Positions 18,548-28,750 of a DNA stretch of 64,000 bases are shown piece by piece. The notes beneath the pieces were generated by a model. It was not told the DNA's origin. It made no database searches and saw nothing but the letters and a program-made list of their open reading frames with translations. The stretch's first letter is position 1. Each line of letters starts with the position of its first letter. Position numbers and translations under genes: made by a program. This DNA is from a bacterium (GTDB lineage Bacteria > RBG-13-61-14 > DATKZS01): contig CAXXFL010000002.1 of the NCBI GenBank assembly GCA_963674965.2, forward strand, positions 352,001-416,000, in the 5' to 3' direction.

Positions 18548-19173
18548 AAGAGAAAGCCAAGGCCCCGGAAAAAAACGGTCCCGGCGAAGATAGCAAGTCC
18601 GGTGAAAGGGAAATTCTCATTACGGGGTTCGGCGGACAGGGCATAGTCCTGACCGGAAAAATCCTGGGACAGGCCGCCGCCTTGAAGGACAACCTTCACG
18701 CGTCCCTTACCCAGTCCTATGGGCCCGAGGCCAGGGGCGGGTCTTGCTCGGCCCAGGTCATGCTGAGCGAGGAGGAAATCCTCTTTCCCTACGTCGAGTC
18801 GCCCGAGGTGCTCATCGCCATGAGCCAGGAGGGCTACGATAAAAACGTGGGCAACTTGAGAAAAAACGGACTCCTTATCTGGGACACGGACCTGGTTAAA
18901 ACCGGCGCGCATAACTCGAGCTGGACGACTTACGACGTGCCGGCCACCCGCTTCGCCGAGGAACTGGGCAACAAGATGATGGCCAACATCGTCATGCTCG
19001 GGTTCGTCTGCGCCGTCAGCGACCTGGTCAATCCCGAGTCCTTGCGGGAGACCGTGCTCTCGACCGTCCCTCCCCAAACCGTCGAGAAAAACTCCGCGGC
19101 CTTCGACCGGGGAAGGGAATACGGCGGAGAGATATTGAAAAGCAGGGCCAAACGGGAGAGGAACCAGGATTGA
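18544..19173 (+). CDS. korC: 2-oxoacid:ferredoxin oxidoreductase gamma subunit
   Basis: GFGGQG, SYGPEARGG, ANIVMLG. Confidence 0.92.
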   Translation: MKEKAKAPEKNGPGEDSKSGEREILITGFGGQGIVLTGKILGQAAALKDNLHASLTQSYGPEARGGSCSAQVMLSEEEILFPYVESPEVLIAMSQEGYDKNVGNLRKNGLLIWDTDLVKTGAHNSSWTTYDVPATRFAEELGNKMMANIVMLGFVCAVSDLVNPESLRETVLSTVPPQTVEKNSAAFDRGREYGGEILKSRAKRERNQD

Positions 19174-22100
19174 CCATGACCGGAAGCGCGAAAAAAGATG
19201 CGCCCCCCAAGGCCGTGCTCATAGCCGGCGCGGGCTACGGCGCCCTCAAGGCGGCCCAGGACCTGGCCGAGGCCGGCATACCCGTGGCCTGGGTTACCAG
19301 GTCGAGACACTTCCTCGAGCTGCCCGGCGGCGTCATGGACTTCGTCGAGCTTCCCATAGACCTAAACTTCCAGTTCCGCCCCCTTTACCTCCGCGTGACC
19401 CGGCACCCACTCGTGACTCCTCTTCCCCGGTCCCGCGTCGAGAAGATCGAGAAAACCTCCAAGGGCTTCCGCGTGGACGTCTACCAGGAGCCACAATACA
19501 TCGATTACGACCTCTGCACCGGGTGCGGAAAGTGCATCGAGGTATGCCCCCTTAACGAGAGCGGGCGCCCGCCCCTGACCAGGAGCCCCGCCTATTGCCC
19601 GTCCCGCGCCCTCGAGATGGACAAGCGCGTCGTCAGCCAGTGCCGCGTAACCTGTCCCCTGGGCCTTAACGTCCAGGCTTACATGGCGCTGACCGCGGCG
19701 GGTCGGTTCGACGAGGCCCTGGCGGTCATCAAGGCGGACAACCCTCTTCCTGGCATTTGCGGCCGCGTTTGCCACCACCCTTGCGAGGAGGCCTGCAGGA
19801 GGAGCGAGTTGGACCAGCCCCTCGCCATTCGGGACGTGAAGAGGTTCCTCGCCGACCGCGAGGCCGAAAAGGGCGACCCCACTTTCGCCGGGTCGGAAAA
19901 TCCGAGAAGAGGAAAAAGCGTGGCCGTTATCGGGTCGGGTCCGTCCGGACTTTCGGCGGCCCACTTCCTCAACCGGGAGGGCTTCGACGTCACGGTCTTT
20001 GAGGCCCTGCCCCAGGCGGGAGGTATGCTGCGGGCCGGCATCAACGCCTTCCGTCTTCCCAGGAAGGTTCTGGACGCGGAGATCAGGGCCATCGAGGCCT
20101 CGGGAGTAAGGATCAAGGTCAACAACCGGATCGCGGACGTTAACGACCTCTTCGAGCGCGGGTTCGACGCCGTCCTGGTCGCGACCGGGACCCACCGCGA
20201 CCGCTCCCTTGCCATACCCGGAGAGGACCTCCGGGGCATTGTCCATTGCGTCAAGTTCCTCTCCCGCGTCAACCTGGCCGGGGAAGGAGAAGTCGGAAAA
20301 AAGACCGTCGTTATCGGCGCGGGCAACTCGGCCATGGACGCGGCCAGGACCGCGCTCCGCCTGGGCGCCGGGGAAGTGACCGTGCTCGCCATCGAGCGCG
20401 AGCACGAGATGCCGGCCAACCCCCGCGAGGTAAGGGAGGCCTCGGAGGAGGGAGTGGAATTCAGGCTCGGCGCCGCCCCCATCGCCTTCGAGGGCGAGGG
20501 ATCGGTCAAGCGGATCGTCTGCCGGCCGGCCCATTGGGAGCATGACGAGGGCTGCGGCCTCCGGATAGTCCACGACTCGGAGGAAACCTTCGTCCTCGAG
20601 GCGGACACCGTCATCGTGGCCATCGGACAGGCCCCTCATTTGTCCGAGTGCGGCCTTGACCAGTCCTTCGAGACCGACCGGGGCGGAAGGGTCGTGGTCG
20701 ACCAGTCGTGCAGGACCACTCGTGAAAAGGTCTTCGCCGCCGGAGACGTGGTAACCGGGCCGTCCACCGTGGTGGGTTCCATGGCCGCGGGCAGAAGAGC
20801 GGCCGGCCGGATAATCGAGTGCCTCACGGGCGAGCCTTCTCCCTTTATCGAGATCGACGCTCCCGAGTGCCGGGGCGTGGGCCAGGCGGAGGACATCTCC
20901 GAGGACCTGGCCAGGAAATACAGGCCCGAGATGGCCCAGCGGCAGCCCAAGGTCCGGCGGCGCGACTTCGAGGAGGTGGACTTCGGCTATACCGAGGACC
21001 AGGCTGTGGCCGAGGCTTCGCGTTGCCTTCAGTGCGGGGTCTGCTGCGAGTGCAGGTCCTGTGAGGACGCCTGCCGCGATATAGGGGCCATCGACCATTT
21101 CAGGCCGCCCAGACGACTCGAGTTCCTTTGTCCATCCATAGTGGTGGCGGACAAAAATGAAATACCCGACCTGGGAATAATGAAGGATGAGGACGTCTTC
21201 GAGGCCGGAGGGTTCAAGAAAAAAACCGACGTCCTGGACGTGATGGTCGCGGGAAGCGCGGTGGCCGGTCAGGCCATGACCAGGGCCGTCGGAGCCAGGG
21301 TGACCGGGACTTACGAAAAGTCCCAAGCGGTCATGTTCGAGGACTCGGACAAGCTGGGCTTCTTCCTTTGTTCCTGCAACGGCTCCATGGCCCCTCCCGG
21401 CGTCATCGACAAGATCGTCGAGAGGGTCAAAAGAATCCCCGACGTTTTCCATAGCGACAAGGTATTGTCCATCTGCCATCCCGATGGGGCGACCCGCATA
21501 GCCGAGGCGGTCAGGGAACACGGGCTGTCCCGGGTGATCATCGCCTCGTGCATGTGCTGTCCCCTCGAGTTCAACTGCATATCCTGCAACGACCAGAAGA
21601 CAAGGGCCAGGATAAACCTCTTCGATAAGATGGGCATGGAGCGCGGCCGCTTCGAGATGATCAATCTTCGCGACCTTCTCGTTCGCGGCGAGATGACCGA
21701 GGACGAGACGGTCGACCGGGGCATGCAGCTCCTTCGAGGGTCTTTCATCCGGGCCAAGCTGATAGGGCCTCTCAGGAGCGGAGTCACCGAGATCGGCAAG
21801 AACATCGTAATCCTTGGCGGGTCGGACGTGGGTCTTGGCTGCGCCCTTAACCTCGATATCCAGGGCTTTAAAGTAAGATTGGCCCATCGGTGCCGCCTGG
21901 ACGGAAAGGATCTTCCCACCGCCGTCGCGGAAAGAAAGGTTGACGTAGGCCTGGGCAAGTCTATAAAACACGTCGTGGACGCGACGATCAAGGAAATCCG
22001 TGGACAACTGGGCGACTATACGGTCTTGGCCGAGGTGGACGGGGTCAAAAAACGCTGGAAAGCCGACGTGGTCTGCCTTACCGACGAGCACCTTATTCCA

Positions 22101-22550
22101 CTGGCCATCAAGGAGGACATGGAGGGATTGAGGAAGGTCTACCGCTACGACTTCTCCTTTTTCCATACCCCTCAGGCCGGACTTTTCAGGGTCATGCCCC
22201 GCACGCTGAACCGCGTGAGCGCCTTCGAGGCGGGCGCGGCCCTGGCCGCCCAGGTGGCACGGACCGCCGCCGAGGCCTTCCTTCGCGACCATCAGCTAAG
22301 CCCCAGGGTCGACCCGGAAATATGCCGGGGATGCGGAAGGTGCGTCGAGATTTGCCCCTTCAACGCCATCGAGCTCCTTCCCAACGCCGACGAGACCTAC
22401 ACGGCCAGGGTGATAAGGCACAACTGCGTGGGCTGCGGCGGGTGCGTGGGCCGTTGTCCGGTGACGGCCATGGACATGCCCTATTACTCGAACGACATCC
22501 TGGACCAGATCGTGTGGGGAACCATTACCGAGGAGCGGCTTGATGGATAA
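19170..22550 (+). CDS. HdrL-like flavo-FeS protein: HdrA-like segments enclosing a GltD/NfnB-like NAD(P)H module, with ferredoxin domains
   Basis: CTGCGKCIEVCP; CPLG...CGRVCHHPCEEAC; GSGPSG; GAGNSAMD; FAAGD; RCLQCGVCCECRSC; FFLCSCNG; C-terminal CRGCGRC and CVGCGGC. Confidence 0.8.
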   Translation: MTMTGSAKKDAPPKAVLIAGAGYGALKAAQDLAEAGIPVAWVTRSRHFLELPGGVMDFVELPIDLNFQFRPLYLRVTRHPLVTPLPRSRVEKIEKTSKGFRVDVYQEPQYIDYDLCTGCGKCIEVCPLNESGRPPLTRSPAYCPSRALEMDKRVVSQCRVTCPLGLNVQAYMALTAAGRFDEALAVIKADNPLPGICGRVCHHPCEEACRRSELDQPLAIRDVKRFLADREAEKGDPTFAGSENPRRGKSVAVIGSGPSGLSAAHFLNREGFDVTVFEALPQAGGMLRAGINAFRLPRKVLDAEIRAIEASGVRIKVNNRIADVNDLFERGFDAVLVATGTHRDRSLAIPGEDLRGIVHCVKFLSRVNLAGEGEVGKKTVVIGAGNSAMDAARTALRLGAGEVTVLAIEREHEMPANPREVREASEEGVEFRLGAAPIAFEGEGSVKRIVCRPAHWEHDEGCGLRIVHDSEETFVLEADTVIVAIGQAPHLSECGLDQSFETDRGGRVVVDQSCRTTREKVFAAGDVVTGPSTVVGSMAAGRRAAGRIIECLTGEPSPFIEIDAPECRGVGQAEDISEDLARKYRPEMAQRQPKVRRRDFEEVDFGYTEDQAVAEASRCLQCGVCCECRSCEDACRDIGAIDHFRPPRRLEFLCPSIVVADKNEIPDLGIMKDEDVFEAGGFKKKTDVLDVMVAGSAVAGQAMTRAVGARVTGTYEKSQAVMFEDSDKLGFFLCSCNGSMAPPGVIDKIVERVKRIPDVFHSDKVLSICHPDGATRIAEAVREHGLSRVIIASCMCCPLEFNCISCNDQKTRARINLFDKMGMERGRFEMINLRDLLVRGEMTEDETVDRGMQLLRGSFIRAKLIGPLRSGVTEIGKNIVILGGSDVGLGCALNLDIQGFKVRLAHRCRLDGKDLPTAVAERKVDVGLGKSIKHVVDATIKEIRGQLGDYTVLAEVDGVKKRWKADVVCLTDEHLIPLAIKEDMEGLRKVYRYDFSFFHTPQAGLFRVMPRTLNRVSAFEAGAALAAQVARTAAEAFLRDHQLSPRVDPEICRGCGRCVEICPFNAIELLPNADETYTARVIRHNCVGCGGCVGRCPVTAMDMPYYSNDILDQIVWGTITEERLDG

Positions 22551-22995
22551 AGATTTAAACCTGCTTGGAATCTGCTGCAACTGGAACCCCTACGCCTGTT
22601 ACAGCGCGGCCAGCCGGGCCAACCTTCCCATGCCCCGGAACTTCAGGCTCATGCGCGTCATGTGCATAGGAAGGATCAACCAGGCCCTTATCCTGCGGGC
22701 CTTCGAGATGGGGGCCGACGGCGTGATCCTGCTCGAGTGCAAGGACGAGGACTGCCGTTACGGTCCGGGTCCGGAGATGGGTCATACCAACGTAAGGCGC
22801 GTTAGAAAAATCCTCGAGCTTTTGGGTATCGGCCAGGAGCGCCTGGTCGAGCGGCAGTTCTCGGCCCATGAAAAGGAGGAACTGGCGAGCTCTCTTTGGT
22901 CCTTCGCCGAGGAAATCGCGCGGCTGGGGCCCAATCCGGCCAAGCCCAGGCAGGAACGGGAAAGACAACAAGCCATCAAGCGGGAAGCCGTATGA
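22543..22995 (+). CDS. mvhD: MvhD/FlpD-like [2Fe-2S] subunit (divergent)
   Basis: CCNW, RVMCIGRI, AFEMGADGV, C....DCRY, LGIGQERL. Confidence 0.8.
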   Translation: MDKDLNLLGICCNWNPYACYSAASRANLPMPRNFRLMRVMCIGRINQALILRAFEMGADGVILLECKDEDCRYGPGPEMGHTNVRRVRKILELLGIGQERLVERQFSAHEKEELASSLWSFAEEIARLGPNPAKPRQERERQQAIKREAV

Positions 22996-24161
22996 GTTTA
23001 AAAGACCCCAGAATAGACAAGATGATCGGGGACAACTCCCTGTACATGTGCCTCGAGTGCGGCAAGTGCTCGGCCTCGTGCCCCAGGATGCTCACGGGCA
23101 AGGAATACTCGCCCCGCCTCCTGGCCCACAAGCTGATCGCCGAGAGGAACGACGAGGCCTTTATCGAGAACTCCGTCTGGGAGTGCCTCACCTGCGGCCT
23201 TTGCGAGGAAAGGTGCCCCTCCGGCGTGGCGGTCAGTAACTTTATCCTCGAGATGAGGACCCTTTTGGCCGGGTCCAAGGGCCTCAAGGGCTACAGGGCC
23301 CACGACGGCGCGCTCCATAGCTGGATGCGCATGATGACCTCGCCGGAAATGGAACAGGACAGGCTCGGATGGCTGACGCCAGAGCTCAAGACGCGGGAAA
23401 AAGGTCCCGTCGCCTACTTCGTCGGGTGCGCCCCCTATTTCGACGTGTTCTTCGCCGGCATTCAAGTGGACACCCTGTCGATCGCCAGATCGAGCGTGAA
23501 GCTCCTTAACTTTTTCGATATCGAGCCGGTGCTTCTTAAAAACGAGCGCTGCTGCGGTCACGACCTTTTATGGACGGGCGACCGGGACAATTTCGAGACC
23601 CTTTGCCGCCTCAACTACGCGGAGCTTAAGTCCGCGGGGGTGGAGGAGGTCATACTCAGCTGTCCCGAGGGGTATCTGGTATTTTCCAAGTACATGCCCA
23701 AGGTTATCCCCGAGTTCGACCTCAAGGTCACCTTCCTTTTGAACATGGTGGCGGAGGAAATGTATCGGGGCGGCAAGGCCTTCAAACCCCTGAGGCGCAA
23801 GGTAACCTATCACGACCCGTGCCGCCTGAGCAGGAAGGCCGGCATCGTCGAGGAGCCGAGGAAACTCCTCGGCATGGTGCCCGAGTTAAGCCTTAGGGAA
23901 ATGGAAAGCTGGGGAAAAAGCTCCCTTTGCTGCGGCAACAACGGGTTCATCAACTGCGACGCCTACTCGAAGAAAATCCAGGTGGAAAGGATCAAGCAGG
24001 CCCGGGCCACGCGGGCGGAGGCCATGGTGACGGCCTGTCCCAAGTGCATGATCCACCTGACCTGCGCCATGCGCGACCCGGTGAGAAGAGGAAGCGACCG
24101 CAAACTGGAAATAGTTGACCTCATCACGCTCCTGGCCGAGCGGATCGAGTATAAAGGATAG
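22992..24161 (+). CDS. HdrD-like Fe-S protein (4Fe-4S dicluster plus two CCG domains)
   Basis: [45 protein letters not shown]; start trimmed to MSLKD. Confidence 0.88.
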   Translation: MSLKDPRIDKMIGDNSLYMCLECGKCSASCPRMLTGKEYSPRLLAHKLIAERNDEAFIENSVWECLTCGLCEERCPSGVAVSNFILEMRTLLAGSKGLKGYRAHDGALHSWMRMMTSPEMEQDRLGWLTPELKTREKGPVAYFVGCAPYFDVFFAGIQVDTLSIARSSVKLLNFFDIEPVLLKNERCCGHDLLWTGDRDNFETLCRLNYAELKSAGVEEVILSCPEGYLVFSKYMPKVIPEFDLKVTFLLNMVAEEMYRGGKAFKPLRRKVTYHDPCRLSRKAGIVEEPRKLLGMVPELSLREMESWGKSSLCCGNNGFINCDAYSKKIQVERIKQARATRAEAMVTACPKCMIHLTCAMRDPVRRGSDRKLEIVDLITLLAERIEYKG

Positions 24162-24183
24162 ATTTAAAATAAAAGGAGACGCC

Positions 24184-26655
24184 ATGCAAGGGCAAAGATC
24201 GAACGACGAAATCCGCGTTGGCGTGTACGTATGCCATTGCGGATTGAACATCGCCGGCACGGTGGACTGCCAGGCCGTGGCCGAATACGGTGAGGGTCTG
24301 CCCAACGTCGTATTGTCGCGCCACAACGCCTACACCTGCTCGGAGACGGGCCAGGCCCTGATCAAGCAGGACATAGCCGAGCACGGCCTTAACCGGGTGG
24401 TCGTGGCCGCCTGCTCTCCGCGTCTGCACGAGCCGACCTTTCGGCAGTGCGTGGCCGAGGCCGGCCTCAACCCCTACCTGTTCGAGATGGCCAACATCCG
24501 GGAGCAGTGCTCCTGGGTCCATCACCACGACAAGGAGGGGGCCACCGAGAAGGCCAAGGACCTCCTGCGTTCCGCCGTGGCCAAGGTCTCGAGACTGAGG
24601 GCGCGTCAGGACCTCGAGGTCCCCATTACCAGGTCCACCCTGGTCATCGGGGGAGGAATTGCCGGAATACAGGCCGCGCTCGATCTGGCGGACTCGGGCT
24701 ACAAGGTGATACTGGTGGAAAAACAGCCGAGCATAGGAGGAATCATGGCCAGGTTGGATAAGACGTTTCCAACTCTGGACTGCTCGATATGAATTTTGGG
24801 TCCAAAAATGACCGATGCCGGTCGGCATCCAAACATCACTCTGTTGACGCTTAGCGAGGTCAAATCCATCACCGGGTACGTGGGCAATTTCCACGTCCGC
24901 GTGATCAAGAAGGCGAGGTACGTAAAGGAAAAGGACTGCACCGCCTGCGGCGACTGCGTGGCCGAGTGCCCCGTGGTCGTGCCCGACGAGTTCGACATGG
25001 GACTCGCCTCGAGGAAGGCCATTTACCAGGCCTTTCCCCAGGCCGTTCCCTCGGCCTACCTGATCGACATCGAGCACTGCCTGGGCAACAACCCCATCAT
25101 CTGCGGCAAGTGCGTGCAAAGGTGCGAGAAGAACTGCATCGACTTCGACATGAACGACGAGGAGTTGACCTTCGAGGTCGGGTCCGTCATCGTGGCCACC
25201 GGGCTCGAGACCTACGACCCCACCCAACTCGACGAGTACGGCTACACCCGTTACGACAACGTTCTGACCAGCATGGAGCTCGAGCGGCTCATCAACGCCG
25301 GCGGCCCCACCCAGGGCGAGGTCATCCGCCTGAGCGACCGCGAGGTACCCGGGTCGGTGGGCTTCATCCAGTGCGTGGGGTCCCGCTCGACCCGGCGCGG
25401 CGCTCCCTATTGCTCGAACGTGTGCTGCATGAACACCATCAAGTGCACGATCATGCTCAAGGAGCATTATCCCGATATCGAGGTCAAGGTTTTCTATATC
25501 GACGTCCGGGCCTTCGGCAAGGGCTTCGAGGACCTTTTCCGCCGGAGCAAGGCCCTGGGGGTCCAGTACATCCGCGGTCTTCCCGGCTCGATCCACGAGG
25601 ACAAGAAGAGCCGGAATCTGGTCCTCACGGTCGAGAACACGGCCACCAACAAGCTCGAGAAACACGAGGTCGAGATGGCGGTGCTGGCCGTGGGCGTGAA
25701 GCCCCCCGAGGACATGAAAAGCATCCAGGAAATGCTGGCCCTGCAAAAAAGCTCGGACGGCTTCTACCTGGAGGCCCACCCCAAACTCCAGCCGGTGGAC
25801 GCGGCCACGCGGGGAATTTTCTTCGCCGGCTGCGCCGAGGGCCCCAAGGACATCAAGGACTCGGTTACCCAGGCCTCGGCCTCGGCGGCCCGGGCCATGC
25901 GGATGATGAACCCGGGCAGGCTCAAGGTCGAGGCCATCACCGCCGAGGTCGATCCCAACGAGTGCACCTCATGCGGCATATGCGCCAGGGTCTGCCCCTA
26001 CAACGCCATCGAGGTGGATACCAGGAACAAGAGGCCGGCCCACGTGACCAGCGCCGCCTGCGCCGGATGCGGCACCTGCGCCGCCGCCTGCCCCCAGGAC
26101 GCCATCGAGATGCACCACTTTACCAACGACCAGATTCACGCGCAGATCGACTCGATCCTCGAGGAAAAACCCCTCGAGAGGATTTTGACCTTCGCCTGCA
26201 ACTGGTGCAGCTACGCCGGCGCCGACTTCGCCGGGGTCTCGAGACTTCAGTACCCGGCCAACGCCAGGCTGATAAGGACCATGTGCTCGGGCCGGGTCTC
26301 GGAGGACTTCATCTGGAGGGCCTTCGGAAAGGGCGCCCCCGTCGTCCTCGTCAGCGGATGCCACATAGGAGACTGCCACTATATCGACGCCAACCACTGG
26401 ACCGAGAAGCGGGTGAACAAGGTCTGGAAGAAAATGGAAAAGCTGGGCATAAGGCCCGAGCGGCTCCAGCTCGAGTGGGTCAGCGCCGCCGAGGGCGTAA
26501 GGTGGCAGGAGGTCATGAAGCGGGTCGAGGAAATAAGACAAAGCGTGACGCCCGAGGAGGTGGCCGAGACCAAGAGGATACTCGAGGAGCAAAAGGAAAA
26601 AAGGGAAAAACAGGGCGACGAGAGCATCGAGGATCAGCCCTCCGCCGGGGCGTGA
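24184..26655 (+). CDS. hdrA: Selenocysteine-containing HdrA fused to C-terminal MvhD (UGA at 24790-24792)
   Basis: Two track ORFs are in the same frame, separated by one TGA in [15 protein letters not shown], a Cys position in HdrA. VYVCHCG, GGGIAG, CVGSR...CSNVCC and EAHPKL present; MvhD motifs [27 protein letters not shown] at the C-terminus. Confidence 0.9.
24793..24833 (+). promoter_or_regulatory. Putative bacterial SECIS element
   Basis: GATGCC-GGTC-GGCATC hairpin (24814-24829) with G in the apical loop, 28 nt after UGA; possible lower stem TTTGGG/TCCAAA. Confidence 0.75.
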
Positions 26656-26674
26656 TCCGACCCGTTGACAAACG

Positions 26675-26711
26675 GGCCGCGGGAGGCGTTAAAGTCCCCC
26701 GCGGCCTTTTT
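26675..26711 (+). terminator. Rho-independent terminator of the kor-hdr operon
   Basis: GGCCGCGGG...CCCGCGGCC stem followed by TTTTT, between convergent genes. Confidence 0.7.
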
Positions 26712-26723
26712 CATGGGACCAGA

Positions 26724-27737
26724 TTATATTCTTACCGGGACCTCGTCGTAGGTCTTTCTTTCCACGAACTCGGCGGCGCAAGCATTTGCGCTCGTCAAGG
26801 TCCCCAGCTCGGACCCGCCCGGACCCATCAGCTTAAGCTTGATACCCGCCACCTTGCCGTTATTGCACCAGAGCTTTGCCCCGTCGGGGTCGGTATAGGT
26901 CACGGCCACCATGTCCCGGGGCTCGATCGAAACCTGACCTACCATTTTCATGCCGCCGGTCTCGGCCTCGAAAGTCCAGTCGCCCAGTCTCCACGAGCTA
27001 TTATTGGCCGCGATCCGGCCTATCGAGTTGAAGTAATAATCCCGGCCTTCATGTCGCAGGTAAAAAAGGGCCAAGCGCGGGCTTTTAAAAGGGCCGACTT
27101 TTATCTGGCTGTCCAGCCCCTCCCATATGGCGCCTTCATCCTCCTCGAAGGCGTTGCAATGTCCCCAGGCCCAGTTCAGGGCGTGCTTCGTGCCCCAGAT
27201 ATGGGTCTGCTGGCCCGGCGCGTTTTTGAACTCGATCGTCCTGCCGCTGGCCATGACCCGGCCCGTGAAGCGGCCATCCTCGTGGGGAGAGAGCACCTTG
27301 GTCTTGGGAAAAGCCGCCTTGTACATCCAGGGATATGGGAAATGTTTGAAGGTCGGACCGCTCGAGTCGAAACGAAAATCCCACTCGAGCGCGAGGCCCC
27401 TGGATTCGTCCTTTAACTCTCCCCGGCAGGAGCGCGCGTCCAGATGGGCCCCTCCAATCCTCATGTTAAAAGCGTCCCGGCCGGCTTCCAACTCGGAGAT
27501 GGGAAACCTGTTCTTTAAGGCGAAGTTTCTTTCCGGGTCGGCGGCGTCGAAGAAGATGCCCCACAGCTCACAATAAGGATCGCCTTGCCCGGGGACCGGA
27601 CTGGTCATGGTGTAGCGTATCCAATAGGCCGTGTCCGACGCCAGGTCGTTCCATTTAAGATAATAGACCTCGTACCAGCCCCGTCTCGATCCGTCCCATT
27701 TTAGGACGTTGTCCATCTCCTTCTCGGATATGACCAT
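26724..27737 (-). CDS. Hypothetical protein, tocopherol cyclase/lipocalin-like beta-rich fold
   Basis: WYEVYY, HIWG...WAWGHCNAF and YTDPDG pattern; AGGAGG RBS. The fold call is inference. Confidence 0.55.
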   Translation of the reverse strand: MVISEKEMDNVLKWDGSRRGWYEVYYLKWNDLASDTAYWIRYTMTSPVPGQGDPYCELWGIFFDAADPERNFALKNRFPISELEAGRDAFNMRIGGAHLDARSCRGELKDESRGLALEWDFRFDSSGPTFKHFPYPWMYKAAFPKTKVLSPHEDGRFTGRVMASGRTIEFKNAPGQQTHIWGTKHALNWAWGHCNAFEEDEGAIWEGLDSQIKVGPFKSPRLALFYLRHEGRDYYFNSIGRIAANNSSWRLGDWTFEAETGGMKMVGQVSIEPRDMVAVTYTDPDGAKLWCNNGKVAGIKLKLMGPGGSELGTLTSANACAAEFVERKTYDEVPVRI

Positions 27738-27929
27738 GATTCCTCCTGAAAAGCCGTCGCGCTCGCTTGAAATTATAACAACGGGACGGACGGCGCGTAA
27801 AGCATATAAAGCGAGGGCCTATCTAAATTCGACGGGAGGCCGTGGCGGGACAGGCCTCGCGAATGCATGGACCTCGCTATATATGGTAGGATAAAAGACA
27901 ATGGATTGTGTCAGAAAAAGGGGGACCGG

Positions 27930-28337
27930 ATGATAACGGTGACGGTAAAAACCTCGAGGCGTCGTGAAATGGTTGACGTGACCGGCCATTTCAAGAAGGC
28001 GCTGGCGGACGCGGGAATGAAGAGCGGCCTGGCCCTGGCCTTCGTTCCTCACACCACCGCGGGTATCACCATAAACGAGAACGCGGACCCCGACGTGACC
28101 CGCGACGTCCTGGCCCATCTGGCCAAACTGGTACCGGCGAACGACGGCTTTCGCCACGCGGAGGGCAACTCGGACTCCCACATCCAGGCGAGCCTGGTGG
28201 GCAGCTCGGTGACGGTTATCGTGGAGGATGGCCGCCTGGTGCTGGGAACCTGGCAGTCGGTTTTTTTCTGCGAGTTCGACGGCCCCAGATCGAGGAACCT
28301 CCATATCGAGTTTGTCCCGCGGGGGGTGACGGCGTGA
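27930..28337 (+). CDS. yjbQ: YjbQ/UPF0047 family protein
   Basis: PHTTAGITINENADPDV, HAEGNSDSHI, LGTWQSVFFCEFDGPR. Confidence 0.92.
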   Translation: MITVTVKTSRRREMVDVTGHFKKALADAGMKSGLALAFVPHTTAGITINENADPDVTRDVLAHLAKLVPANDGFRHAEGNSDSHIQASLVGSSVTVIVEDGRLVLGTWQSVFFCEFDGPRSRNLHIEFVPRGVTA

Positions 28338-28750
28338 AGGACCGCCACGAGATAACCTACATGGTTTGCAGGCCTCATTGCAGGTTCTATCGGCCGGACG
28401 AAAAGGAGGAGTTGTCCTGCCAGGGATATAATTTCCTTCGCGAGCGCCTGCCCGAGGCCCTGGCCGTCGAGGTCGCCCGCGAGCAAAGCGGCATGGTCGC
28501 GCCTGGCCCGAGGATGAGCGAGGCGCTCAAGGAACTTGACTCGTCGCGTCCGCCCGACCATCTGGAGCACGATCCGAGGATCGAGGCCGTCATCTGCGCC
28601 CAGTGCGAGTTCAGGGCCGAGGACTGCGATTTCATGGGAGGCGAGGACATGCCCGACGCGGTACCCTGCGGCGGATACGTGCTGCTTGCCCGGCTGATCG
28701 AGGCCGGCGTGGAGGAAGTGGAGGCTTGGCTTAATGTCCCAGGAAGATAA
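28334..28750 (+). CDS. Cys-rich hypothetical protein coupled to a radical SAM gene
   Basis: CRPHCRFY, SCQG, CAQCEF, DCDF, PCGGY; overlaps both neighbours. Confidence 0.7.
   Translation: MKDRHEITYMVCRPHCRFYRPDEKEELSCQGYNFLRERLPEALAVEVAREQSGMVAPGPRMSEALKELDSSRPPDHLEHDPRIEAVICAQCEFRAEDCDFMGGEDMPDAVPCGGYVLLARLIEAGVEEVEAWLNVPGR

Noticed and set aside
19362-22292. 976-aa antisense ORF (also 13763-15220, 24124-25779 and 39667-41514)
   Set aside because: Shadow ORFs opposite well-supported genes, expected from GC-rich codon usage.
24790-24792. Nonsense mutation making hdrA a pseudogene
   Set aside because: A TGA at a Cys position with a SECIS-like hairpin and intact flanks is better explained by selenocysteine.
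24966-27416. 816-aa alternative-frame ORF
   Set aside because: Arg/Gly/Pro-rich off-frame reading of hdrA that runs across a terminator into an opposite-strand gene.
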